Positions 25,001 to 36,500 of a DNA stretch of 64,000 bases are shown here, piece by piece; position 1 is the first letter of the stretch; each line of letters begins with the position of its first letter. The notes under the pieces were generated by a model that saw nothing but the letters and a program-made list of their open reading frames with translations, had not been told where the DNA came from and did not search any database. The translations under genes and the position numbers were made by a program. This stretch comes from Phoronis australis. Its lineage: Eukaryota; Animalia; Phoronida. The stretch is taken from positions 575,362-639,361 of the forward strand of contig NMRA01000040.1 of the NCBI GenBank assembly GCA_002633005.1. The letters run 5' to 3'.

Positions 25001-25419
25001 GTTCGGAGAGAGTAATTCGCAAAAAATACACCAAAGACGGCGATCACATCAAAGCTAGCGACTTCGACGGGTTTCTGCGCTACTTGTTGGAGGAACCCCA
25101 TAGCATGGAGTTTGCTAGAGGCGGATTTGGGATGGCAACTCACTGGACACATTACATGAAACTGTGTCCTCTCTGTCAAATTAAGTTCGATTTCATAGGT
25201 AAGTTGGAGACGATGGAGGAGGACGCCAATTTCATTCTTCATCGACTCAACTTTTCCATAAACTTTTTCAACCCTTCGCGAAAACATGAAGGCAACACAG
25301 CAAAACTGACAGCGACTTATTTCCGAAATGTGCCAAAAGAAAGAATAGCGAAGCTAAAAAAATCGTATGCGGCGGATTTCAATGCATTCGGATATCCACA
25401 GGATCCTTTCCATGAGTAA
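19061..25419 (+). CDS. Carbohydrate sulfotransferase, HNK-1ST/CHST8-14 family (CHST11-like), type II membrane protein, 337 aa: join(19061..19241,24587..25419)
   Basis: Exon 1 encodes an N-terminal signal-anchor (LVSLIVLVLSACYYVTYHFLL) and ends with a phase-1 donor CAG|gtaaat. Exon 2 starts after tttcag in the matching frame. It contains the 5'-PSB motif IPKVASTNW, the 3'-PB motif FVRNPWSRLVSVF, and the family motif HW...LCPLCQIKFDFIGKLETMEEDA. Confidence 0.88.
20930..21995 (-). pseudogene. Frameshifted remnant of an XPG/PIN-like nuclease domain of the type encoded by Academ transposons
   Basis: Broken minus-strand frames contain EADIRVILHM..DIVIRASGTDILVLL, LHVFTGCDYTRAFIRKGK, IPSCEAELVLHTDRNAF and an acidic tail. 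These resemble the EAD..., DTD and GCD...GKGK motifs of XPG/FEN-like domains in transposon proteins. Confidence 0.7.
22809..23812 (-). mobile_element. Second full copy of the 5-bp-TSD family (TSD AATTA), inserted in the right TIR of the Academ-like element
   Basis: aatta|CATAGGCGGATTTAGG ... CCTAGATCCGCCACTG|aatta. It is the reverse complement of 12591..13519 along its length. The opposite TIR arm (~20005) has the uninterrupted site with a single aatta. Confidence 0.88.
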
Positions 25420-27308
25420 ATAGCCCCGTGCGGGAGTTTGGTGGGTTTCCTAGGTTTAAAAATTGTCTAAGTGGACCATAATTTTTTAATATTGGAATAA
25501 AACAATACATTGCTATTAATCCTTTGAAATTAACACCCCGTCCTGGTTTACAAGGCGGCGAGAAAAAATACAGACTATGAGCAGTTTGCCAGTTAAATTC
25601 ACGCGACTTGCGTTAGTTTGGGGCGCTGAAGTGAACTATCTTAAACTTATGGGTCTTTAAGGAACCCAAAGTCTCGATTACATACATCAAGTATAGTTGT
25701 CTAAAACAAACGCAATGAAAAAACACCACTTAGGAGTATCACGAAGCACAAAGCTGACTTTCTATATTTTCAGTACCAGCTGCCTCGTTTCATGAAAAGT
25801 GACTTAAAGCTAAGTCGTAAATTTCGTCTTGCTAACTTTGCCACTAATAAAAAATAGTTCTGCAATACCATAGGCGCATCACAGTTGATCCATTCTTGTT
25901 GTTTTATTTACCTATATACATTCTAAAGAAAAATTATGCAAATTTGAACAGAGTTTTAGTTACCACTGTAATTTGGATAATTTATGAACACTTTTGTTTG
26001 CATCAAGTGTACCAAAAATTAGGGATGGGTTGATGCACATTTTTAGAAACTCCATAAGATTCCTTTCACGAGGAATTCGATTATTTTTGATTGGATTCTT
26101 GTTGGACATTTTTGCTCAAAACGATACCTTTGTTTAGGCGAAGGAAAAGACTCCCAAAAGGTGTTGGAAGTCAGTAGACATTTTTGCTTGGAAATATGTG
26201 ACTATACATTACAATAACAGTAGCAAAAATGCATTTTGAAAAAGATGATGTACAGTAAAAGTTGTTAAATTTGATAACATTCTAACTAATAGACGATCAT
26301 GAGCTGTTTATAAATTTACCCATAATACCTCATTAAAAGATACAAATTCAGGCTTTGTAAGTCGTCTAACGGCAAAAAGTGGAACTAAGAATGGAATGGA
26401 AATAGCATGGGCATATGATATCGAAATCGTTTACTCCCCCATCACCATTCAATTATAATTCTTACAATTCACATGATCGCAGAAGACTTCCAAGATTTAA
26501 TGGACAGTGATTTCATGGTTTTATACGTATGAACATAACCTGCAACCCTAGTTTGACAGAGCAACAGCAAATGTAACAACATCAGGCTCAAGTAAAAAAA
26601 CAATAAATTATTAGAATAAAAAGTAAGATATTATGCAAGGAAATCTTCAGATAGCCTGGCTTAAAATCTTAGGCTGAAATTTTTAAATATAAATAGAAAA
26701 CAGGAAATGTAAGAAATGGGGAATTTTAGGAAAAATTGCAGGACCATAATACTACCATTGCAGCTCAACACCGACTCTTACTGGTGCAACTATGTCAGGA
26801 CCTTATTACCTGGAACACAAATTCTACTTTTATTGTTGAGATGCACAGACTTCCAACCAAATGAATTGCTCAGATAAAAAGTGTAGACTTTCTAACCAGT
26901 CATTCAGTTAACACTGTATTGACTTGGTCAGAGACAAATGTTACCCCTTCACTTACAACTCCAGAAAAATGAAATGTCTCACATTGCAGGCTCATGTTCA
27001 TGGGTTCATTCAGCAATGCTAGTATCTTGTGACCAGATCACACAAACGTATCACATGTTCTGGTGTTTTGGAGTAAGTCCACTATGTTGCTAGTGCACAC
27101 AATCACTAGCACAGGTGCCCTAGTAAGGTTGTGACCTTGCACATGCGCACTAGTAAAATGTCCAGTAGTGAAAGTGATTCAAGGTCAAGGGGGAATGTTC
27201 AAATATAGAGAAAATGTTGCATTCTGTTGCATAAGCCCCGACTTCTCACAGCAAGAGACTATGACCCATGATCCTATTGGCTAAATCATACATTTCAGGG
27301 AAAACATT

Positions 27309-28583
27309 AACAAGAGCAACGTGGAGCATTGAAATACGCCCACGAATGCATTGCAAATGGTGTGCTTTCAGGGTTATTTATTTGCATCATAAAAATGGAA
27401 ACTAGATGGCGCAAAAACATACAATCCATCCAGGAACATGGCATATTTCATAAAAATCTGTCAAGGAGCTTCAGAGAAAAAAAGGAAAACAGAATAAAAT
27501 GAAATTGCCACTAGTGGGCACAGTGTCCATTGGATCCGCCTGAAAGTCGTCGTTGTCTGTTGTTATCTTCATATAAATACACTTACTACATTTAGTAAAG
27601 ATCCTGCAGTGGGTTTAAGGGATACAACTATGGGTGTGAAACAAAACTACCACTAGGAGGCGCCACAGTAATCAGTCACCATCATCATAGGTCGTCTTCA
27701 CACTGAGAACATGTATGCCAATTTTCAAATGATTTGGTTGATACAGGGATGGACACCAAAAACAAGATTTGAAAACAGCAAAAGTGGCCACTAGGTGGTG
27801 CAAAATACCTCGATTCCATCCAAAAACAGGCAGATAGCATCATCACACCAATAGATGCCTATATTTAAAATTTTATGAAAATCTGTTGAGGACCTTTGAA
27901 GATACTGAGTTAAACGTACAAATCTAAAATTGCCACTAGGGCACAGAGCAGTAGTCAGATCCGTCTGAAAGTCGTCGTCATCCGTAGTCAACATCACATA
28001 AATACACTTGCTAAATTAAGTAAAGATCCTGCGAACGGTTTAGGAGATACAGCCATAGGCGCAACAAAAACAAAACTGCCACTAGGAGGCGCCACAGTAG
28101 TCAAAATCGTCGGAAAATCATCGTCAACCATCCTCTTTATAGTAAGCACATACATGCCAATTTTCACAATCATCCTTTGAGCGGTTTGGTTGATAGAGGG
28201 GTGGACGCAAAAAAAGACTCGAAAACACTAAAAATGGCCACTAGGTGGCACAAACTACGTCGAATCCATCCGAAAACGGGAGGATAGCATCATCTCACTA
28301 ATAGGTGCCTACAAACCAAATTTCATGAAAATCCATTCAGGACTTTTGAAGATACAAAGGTAAGCGTAAAAAACTAAAATTGCCACTAAGGGGCACACCG
28401 GTAGTCGGATCCGTCCGAAAGTTCGCTCATGTCGTCCCATTCACGAATGGAACATATGTGTAAAATTTCATGAACATATGTCAAAGGGTTTTGGAGATAG
28501 AGCAGCGGCCGCCGAACGGACGCCGCCTGCATGGACGGAGATGACGGCATAATGCGTCCACATATATATGTAGGCGCATAAAA
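27309..28583 (-). mobile_element. Helentron-associated (HINE/DINE-1-like) non-autonomous element with an internal tandem array
   Basis: On the minus strand it begins ttttatgcgcctac, followed by GTCC-rich short repeats (ccgtccatgcaggcggcgtccgttcgg). It ends gtgggcgtat..gctcttgtt, giving a subterminal inverted repeat and T-rich flanks. The internal unit is ~430-450 bp, built of ~145-bp subunits that each contain (g)ccactag. Confidence 0.6.
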
Positions 28584-30315
28584 CGCAAAATTCCAAAACA
28601 TAAAGCTCCAGGCTTATATTTGAATATACCTTTTTGGATACAAGAAAAGTCCACGACAGTACTGATTCAGCTACATGAAATTATATTGGTTAGCAAATAC
28701 ATTCAATGAATGGCATGAATTAATAAATATAAACATTAGGTTCAAAATGGCTGAAGTGGTTTTATCCCCAAAATGTGTGTCCTGAAAAAATATAAAAATG
28801 GGACAATTTCGTGAACTTTGCAAAAAAATACGTACTGCAGCAAAAGCACTACCTGAGTGAAATTTCATAGTAGGTAGCAGCTTAGAACTTCAACCAGCTC
28901 CAAGGACTGACTGTGTAGTTCATCCTCTCACCAGCACAGAAGACTTCCATCATGAGAAAACAAGCGCTGGGTTGCATGAAACAGTTCCAAATAGGGACGA
29001 AACTAAGTTCCATGAATCTACTGTGCAGAATTTCTGAAAACACCCATTGTCCTTTTATGTTGTTTAACTTACATTATCAAGTTGATTTTTAGCTTTGATA
29101 CAAATCGCCTACACTGAATTCTCAATAGTATTGAAACTAAACATGTATCTTTTCATGTAATGCACCTAATTTAAGGACGAAGATCACATTTATTTTCATT
29201 GAACTAAGGGCAGTTTTCAGTTGACATTATTAGAAAACAAACGTCATTACTCAAAACGGAGCTGACAATGAAGACAAAATGATACAGAACTATTACATCT
29301 GTAAGAATCACACACCACTTAGAGAGCTTAGTCGAGTCCCCATTTGGGACTGTTTCACATCACTGGCTACAGGTGCTATACAAACGAGGCTTAGAGAATA
29401 CAGCATGTTTGACAAACCTACAGAAGCAGGCAAGCATCTCGCATCATTTCCTTATCCATAAACACAAAAATAACAAGTTGAGCAAGATAGAACTATCCTA
29501 AAATTGGGGAAGTGAACTACAGAAATACTGAAGTTTGAATGTATAATCGTCACTTTATGTGAAGCAGGCAATTCCAATTCTATAATGCCAAATAGTGTCA
29601 ACAGCAGCCCACGAGCAGAGGCTACAGCGTGAAATGACGAAAAACCTAGAATTCAATTCTACGGGTTTCTTGACTGAGAGTGCATGCATTTTCAGGTTGT
29701 AATAAAAAAGATGTGTCCACTGCGGCACTATCATGAAATTTTTCACAAATTCTCAGTGTCAGAAAGCTTGTACAAGAGCTGAAGGTAATGTCAAAACTGT
29801 CACATTTAGCACAGGGATTTAATGATGAGTCAGACATTTATCCAAGCTTTGAATGAACCAAATTGACATTTCCCTTGTGCTGTGAATAACACTTTAGCTT
29901 GTTCTGTTGACTTGTTCTTATAAAAAATGGCAAGGGCAGGAAATTCAATTTCAAATTTAGGGTGTCCCATAGTCTGAGGCCCGAAACTGAATGTTTGACA
30001 TGCTACCACCTCAAACATAACAAGCAATATTTAAACAAACTGTAAAGCATGGCTCAAATATTATTATATGAAGTTCCAAATACACACATTCAAAACTGTT
30101 GAAGATACAGCTATCTAAATCTTGAAACGTTTTCGGTACACCTGATGTAAAACCTACAATGTGGCACACATTAGAAGCAGCCTAGTACAGCAAATGAGGG
30201 GATCGTAGGTTCAGCATGAACCCAAGCCGTGGTCAAACATCTTCCTCGCTCATCCTTGACGTGCTCCACGCAACCACAGAACTATCCATCACATTTCACT
30301 AACACCTTTTGCCAG

Positions 30316-30530
30316 TCACTGTTTATTTTCACTCTGCGCAGAGTCTTTTGTCACAACCTCCTCATCAGACCTCTCACCCTCAGCAGTGTCCTCCTCTACT
30401 GACGACCCCTTGACCTCGTCATCCTCAGAGCTGTTGATTGGTGATTCACTTGGAGGCAGTCGTTCCTTCTTACTGAGCACATGACGAAGTCCACTCACCA
30501 AATCATTGTTGTCAATCACGGTTCTCATCC
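30316..30530 (-). CDS. DNAJA3: DNAJA3 final exon, coding when the cassette exon is skipped (520-aa isoform)
   Basis: ttttctttctttag acceptor, phase 1, with an open 70-codon frame [26 protein letters not shown]...SAQSENKQ*. Confidence 0.72.
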
Positions 30531-33500
30531 CTAAAGAAAGAAAACCAAAATTCAACCATCCCTTGACAGAATACAACATCATCAAATACTTTAGAACAAA
30601 AGTATGTTTAAACAGCAGTTTTTATCAATAGAAAAGGTTAAATTGAAGACAAAGATGACAAGAGATTATTCCGACAACTGAAATGAACTAACCTTAAGTT
30701 TGTTTGTAATTAACCAAGTCCTGTTATTAAACGAAAAGAATCTGTTTTCGATGGTGTCTTCATCAAATATACAAATTCCCGGTTATTTTCAAAAGACATT
30801 TCCAGCATCGAGCACTTGTAAAAGATAGGAGAGTGGTGAAACCACTCTAGTAAAAGACCCACATCTTGCTACATCTGAACGCACTGCCATTGTGCACATG
30901 CAGTACTTGACAGATTGTATTAAGTATCCAGAAAGTTATTGTGCCTACTCAATGGAAGTGAATGCTCACACAACATGCATTTTTTGCTGGGCAAATTCAA
31001 CAATAGACGGATATTATAACATGCCTACATTTTGAGAACCAGTCTGATGCACGCTATTCAATGGAGAACTGTCGTTCTCAAAATGTGGGTACATTATATC
31101 CGACAATCATTGGGACGTTCTACGTCACTTTCTGTTGCTTAAAAAAACGTAACTAATAGTGAAAATGTTCCTCTGAGGTAACCAAGGATTTGTATATTTA
31201 GAAATGTTAACCCCTTTAACAGAACCATAAGGAATCTATCCATAGGACACACTGCTGGGTTTTACTGGGAAAATGCAATTTACGATTCTCGTTACCATCA
31301 TAGTCGCAAACACTCTATGAACATTTAACTTGATGTCAGATTTTTAAAGGAAAAATGAATCTCATCTAAAGACTGAAACACAACTTCAGAGAACAGTAAA
31401 ACGAAAATCAATAAAATAAACCAATTACCAAATGAATCTACTCATCCTCATCTACACAAAAGTGATAATGCAAGACTTTATTAAAAAAAAATAGACCACA
31501 ACCAAGTTTCTTTCCCCCCAACACAAACGAGTATCAACTTACAGGTTAATAACTTAGCTATCTATCCAAATAATTTCTTTTTCAACGTAGCAAAGAACCC
31601 ATCCGGCTTCTGACCAAGAACCTCCCCTGAGATGGGGTCATCGGAAGAACTACTTTCTGATTCACCTAAAATACCAAAAGTCTGGTTCACAAAACCACAA
31701 GATTGTAAACATCTCGCGCGCAAAACACACATACACACGAACACATGCAACTTTCTAGCAATTTCTTTGACTGCATCCAACTCAGTTTGAGGAGGGAACA
31801 AGACTCTCACTGCACTTATGGGAAAATAATAACAACTATGAAAATAAATGTCTTAAAAGGATAATTTATGCGCCAATGAAGACAGTTATGGCAGCTTTCA
31901 AGTTAAAGGAATTAAAGTGACGAGATAATCTTGGCACAAAACATTGCATTAGTGTTAAATAACAACTTAAACCCTGGAAGGTTCTTGGTCAGAAATGCTA
32001 TATATTTATTACAGTGATGCTAGGATACCATACCTGTCTTAGTTTTCGTAAGACCCTTCACAGTTCCTGTAACTGTGGAGTCTGTCTCTGCAAAAGCCAG
32101 TAGCAGTGCCCTTTGCTCTTCCGTCAGGTGGCTTCATGAGAAAACAAAACAAAATTTTTTTGTCAATTGTTGAATAGCCCTCAAGTCTAACCTCAGACAC
32201 AGAACTCTTTAGTGAAGTGAAATCACAAAAGACTTCTGCTAATGAAATGTAATTTCTTCCCACTAAAGATACTTTCCGTCTATTTCGTGTTTTCTACCTT
32301 ATTTTAATTGTCATGGAACATAACTACATAAGTCCAAATATCACATCCCCAAAAAGTTGGGTTATTGGTGAATTAGTGAAACGTAAACAATCAGTTTTTT
32401 CCTGTATTTACATTTAAACGCCTATCCATAACGCTGTTGACCTTGGGCGCATGTGATTAAGCGACACTTTAGTCAGAAGATCACAATGAAATGTTTATGC
32501 TTGTGGTAAAAAACAAACACATCAAAACATTTAATAGCTGTTCATGCAAGATTCTGTAATGCACGTGTAGTTTGTTCAGGAATCTTAAAATGGCAACGTG
32601 ACAGTGGTGTTGGTAAAAAAGGAACGAACTTAGCAACTGCAGCAGAAAATATTCACTGCAAGAAATGTAAGGCACTGATGGCCTTTCATGGTGAAACGCA
32701 TGAAATTCGGTAACTCCCACCTGGGTATGACGATCTTCACGTGCAGGTAATGATCCCCATAGCCTGAACTGTGTACGTGCTTTATACCCTTCCCTGACAG
32801 CCGGATGGTTTGGTGCGAACTCAGGCCAGCAGGAATCTACAGATAGAAGGCACACAATGGGCAACTCAATATTCATAAAATGGTGACAATTACGGAGGGA
32901 ACTTCTTGTGATCATCTGCATATACTGACAACCGAAAGATGAGGCGTACGTGAGACAAGGGTTTCGCTTGACCAGAATGTATGCATTTCTTCAGGCTGGA
33001 TTGTCGTTTTGCTAGCGCTACCTAGTGATTTTCCAGTTCCTCATTAAAACAGGTGAAAGATAGTACGTTTCAAGCTTTTAAAACAGAGAGCTTTATTGCA
33101 ACGAAAGTAAGACTGCTCATTTTTCCAAACATGCTCACAACAGAGAACACTATTTCCTGGGGACACAGCACTTCAAGAGGCTTTGTACACAAGATACTCA
33201 ATCGGACACCCAACTATCAGCTCACCCGATGGAAATGAACGTTTTACACACCCACAAGAAATAGCCACATACTAAAGTCCAAAAATTTTGTGAACCAGTT
33301 TGATTGCCAGAGTTCAGTGGAGAACACCGGTCCACAAAATGCAGGGGACCCTTAAAAGTGACTATTACCTACAAACGAATGTGTTATGCAAGTGCATAAA
33401 AATTGTAAATCTATCAACACACACAATGAAGTACACAACGAAGAGTTAAACTTTACAATAAACACAGACAAATATGACAAGTATAAAGACAACTACATAC

Positions 33501-36500
33501 AGCAGAGCATGTTCGAATTCAAACAAAAATAATAACTGAAAGTGTCTTATTATTTAGAAAGGCATATACAATTGCTAAAAAGCATTGAATTTCACCACGT
33601 GATGTCTGTAGACAGAGGTGCCATACAAAAATTGACCTTAAATGAAATTACACTTCCTTCATTCATTTTTGTTGAGAAATTTGACATAACAAAATTTACC
33701 TTTGTCTACCATACTGTCTTCCATGGTGAAGACGCTTCACAATTACTACTGTTTGTAAATACTCAATGAAACCAGGCCGTAAATCAAGCCAAAATGGCAA
33801 GTAACAAACTGCATCAAAGCAAGAAGGTGCACGTCACAGCTTACCTCCCAATTAATGTCTTCATACACGCCCTCTATAGAGATAGAGCCTCCTAGGGCAG
33901 CCTGTGATAGGCTGACAGCTATGTGACTGTGTACGTCGGAACCTTCTCGTTCAAATTTGTTGCTGGGTCGCACCTAAATGTTGGTTGAAACATGCATTTA
34001 CACATAGAATAACGATTTTATACTTAGATCACTTACAAAAATGAATGTCATCACCAAGAGAAAGAAGCTTATTGACTCATCTCCTCATGCACTGCATTAA
34101 ATTAGTGTGGAAGGAAATGAATTTGCTGGGGACACTCATGAAAAGCAGTTCTCAGTACTAATCAAGTTATCCTGGTGTCCATAATTCGGGGTAGAAGTAG
34201 ACAGGGGCCACAGCCAGCTGAAAGGATTTCTCAGAAATTTATATACTCATGTACAAGTTCATACAACTTGCAGCGAGAGATCAAAACATACCCCACCAGT
34301 ACCATACTATTTTTGTCACCTCAGCATGCTAATATTGGACAAGTTGCAGACACCAGACACACACTAAGCTTTAGTTAAGACAGAGTTTTTAGGTAACAAA
34401 AAAGTGACACAGCTGAATTGTAGCCACTATTACCCCAGCCGTGTGCGTGTTATATTGACTTCTCCAACTTGTTGTCTGTTAGAGTCCGTTGGCACGAATC
34501 TCCAAGTTTGCCTATCTACAGAAAGCGTGTCTACCACATATGTGACTTCTCAAGTCATAATTTAAGGATGTTTAACATTGGGTCTATCCCTTTAAATGCA
34601 CTGGGTATCACAAATACAAAAACCTCAATATTGATATCTCCTTCAGCAAATTTTTAAGATGACGTTGCTCATAGGTCACTGACAGTGATCGAGTTCTTCG
34701 GAGCTTGTTCATTTCATTCACTGAATTTTTGTTTACTAAAACAGAAACTGACTTTGACGTTTTTGTCAATCCCTACCTTTACTAAGAAGTATACTTCCCG
34801 GGAGCCAACCTGCATTCTGATGGTCTGCCCGTCACTGACACCTGCAAAACCAAAGGTGTTATGAGACATCTCAACAAAACACGCCACAAGGAGTGCACAG
34901 CATTTCACACACTAACGCAAGGGGGAAACGAACACTTAAGGAATCGTGCAGAAACAGGCTTTTCCAAAATCGAGCAAAATTCTACTCCGAAGCAGACATT
35001 AGATGGGCATGGAGGAATTGCACACAATGTGGGCATCTCACTGAAGTGGTAAATATTTTTGGTGCCATAACTGAATTTAAAAGTCATAGTGAAACGGCAA
35101 GTTACCAGCTAAAACTGCCTCTATAGGGAGCACGAGTGGTAAAAATGACTCAAAAAAGCCACATATCACAATCTCATTAATAAACTAATATGAGGTTGTC
35201 CTGTGAGTTTACGCCCACATATGGAGATATGCCACAAATGCAGGACCGATGGTTACTCGCAGTAGTTCGTCTAGCATATATTTTCCCCCTAACTTGAACT
35301 ATGGGCAGTTCAGTCAGGTCTACAGATATGCATGTGATAGGGTTGTTAACACATTGACATCGTGAGCGGTTAGTTTGTGTGGCAACATAACAAAAGTCAT
35401 ACCGAAGCACCACTCAGTGCGACTTTAAGGCTGCATTTGCCTGTAAAACTGGCTAAAAATAAAAATTAAACCAGGCCTTATGCTCTCATAAAATTGGTCT
35501 GACTCATTATTTCTGTTGCCAAAATAGGATTTTATTTCCGTAACCAACAAGAACAACAAAACAAACCGACTCAAGAAAACGCATAATCAGCATTTATTGG
35601 AGTTGGCAAATCTAATTCCAAATTCGAAAACAGCACACGCACACATCGCCTGCGACTCCAGTTGGTAATGGAAGTGGAATCCTATCACGGTAACAAAAAT
35701 TATGAAACAGATTTTACTAAACATGACAAAATACCTTTTTAAGTGATTTTAAATAAATCACTTTATCACGACTCACCAGGCGGTACAGGCACAACCACCT
35801 GTTTCCTTTGCACCGTCTGACCTTTGCCCTCACACTCAGTACATGGGTGCTTAATAATCTTACGCTGACCGAAGCACTTCCGACACGTGACTTTCATGTA
35901 GTACTGTCCCTGTTGAAACGTCTCCTGAGAAGTACAAACAATGTGAAGCCGTTGAGTGCGTTGTACACAATGGCTGCAGTTTGTCAGCTTGGCCACTTTC
36001 ACTGCATCAACATTTAGACAGGGGAATAGGCAAGCATAAAGCTGCCTCGCAAAATACAGATATCGACAATGCATACCATGTATTTCCGAAAATAGGTCCA
36101 TGGGCCGATATTCAGAAAACGACCTTTCAAAAACATCAAATGAAATCGAATACACGCCCACGCATAGTTTTGGAAAATGTTTGAAATAAACATGTCTTTT
36201 TAATGGACGTAGTATATCATTTAGTAGTTACAATTTTATTCGTCCATACTTATTTTGCATTCAACAGTCTGTGGTAATACAGTTAGTTACCAACAAAATC
36301 ACTCAATATCTTGCTAAATGATAGTTATTCGATTGAAATCATGATCCCAAGAACACCATACCTTGCCAAAATAAACATAACAATTTTACATCAAAACACA
36401 TTGAATACATATTTTAGAAGAATCCATCAGATTTCCAAACATGCAAACCAAAACCAAAAATGGGCCCATGGGCGTATTTTTTGAAAATTTCCCAAAAATA

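Noticed and set aside
24838-25287. 149-aa antisense ORF
   Set aside because: Lies entirely opposite the sulfotransferase catalytic exon and has no recognisable motif; a shadow ORF.
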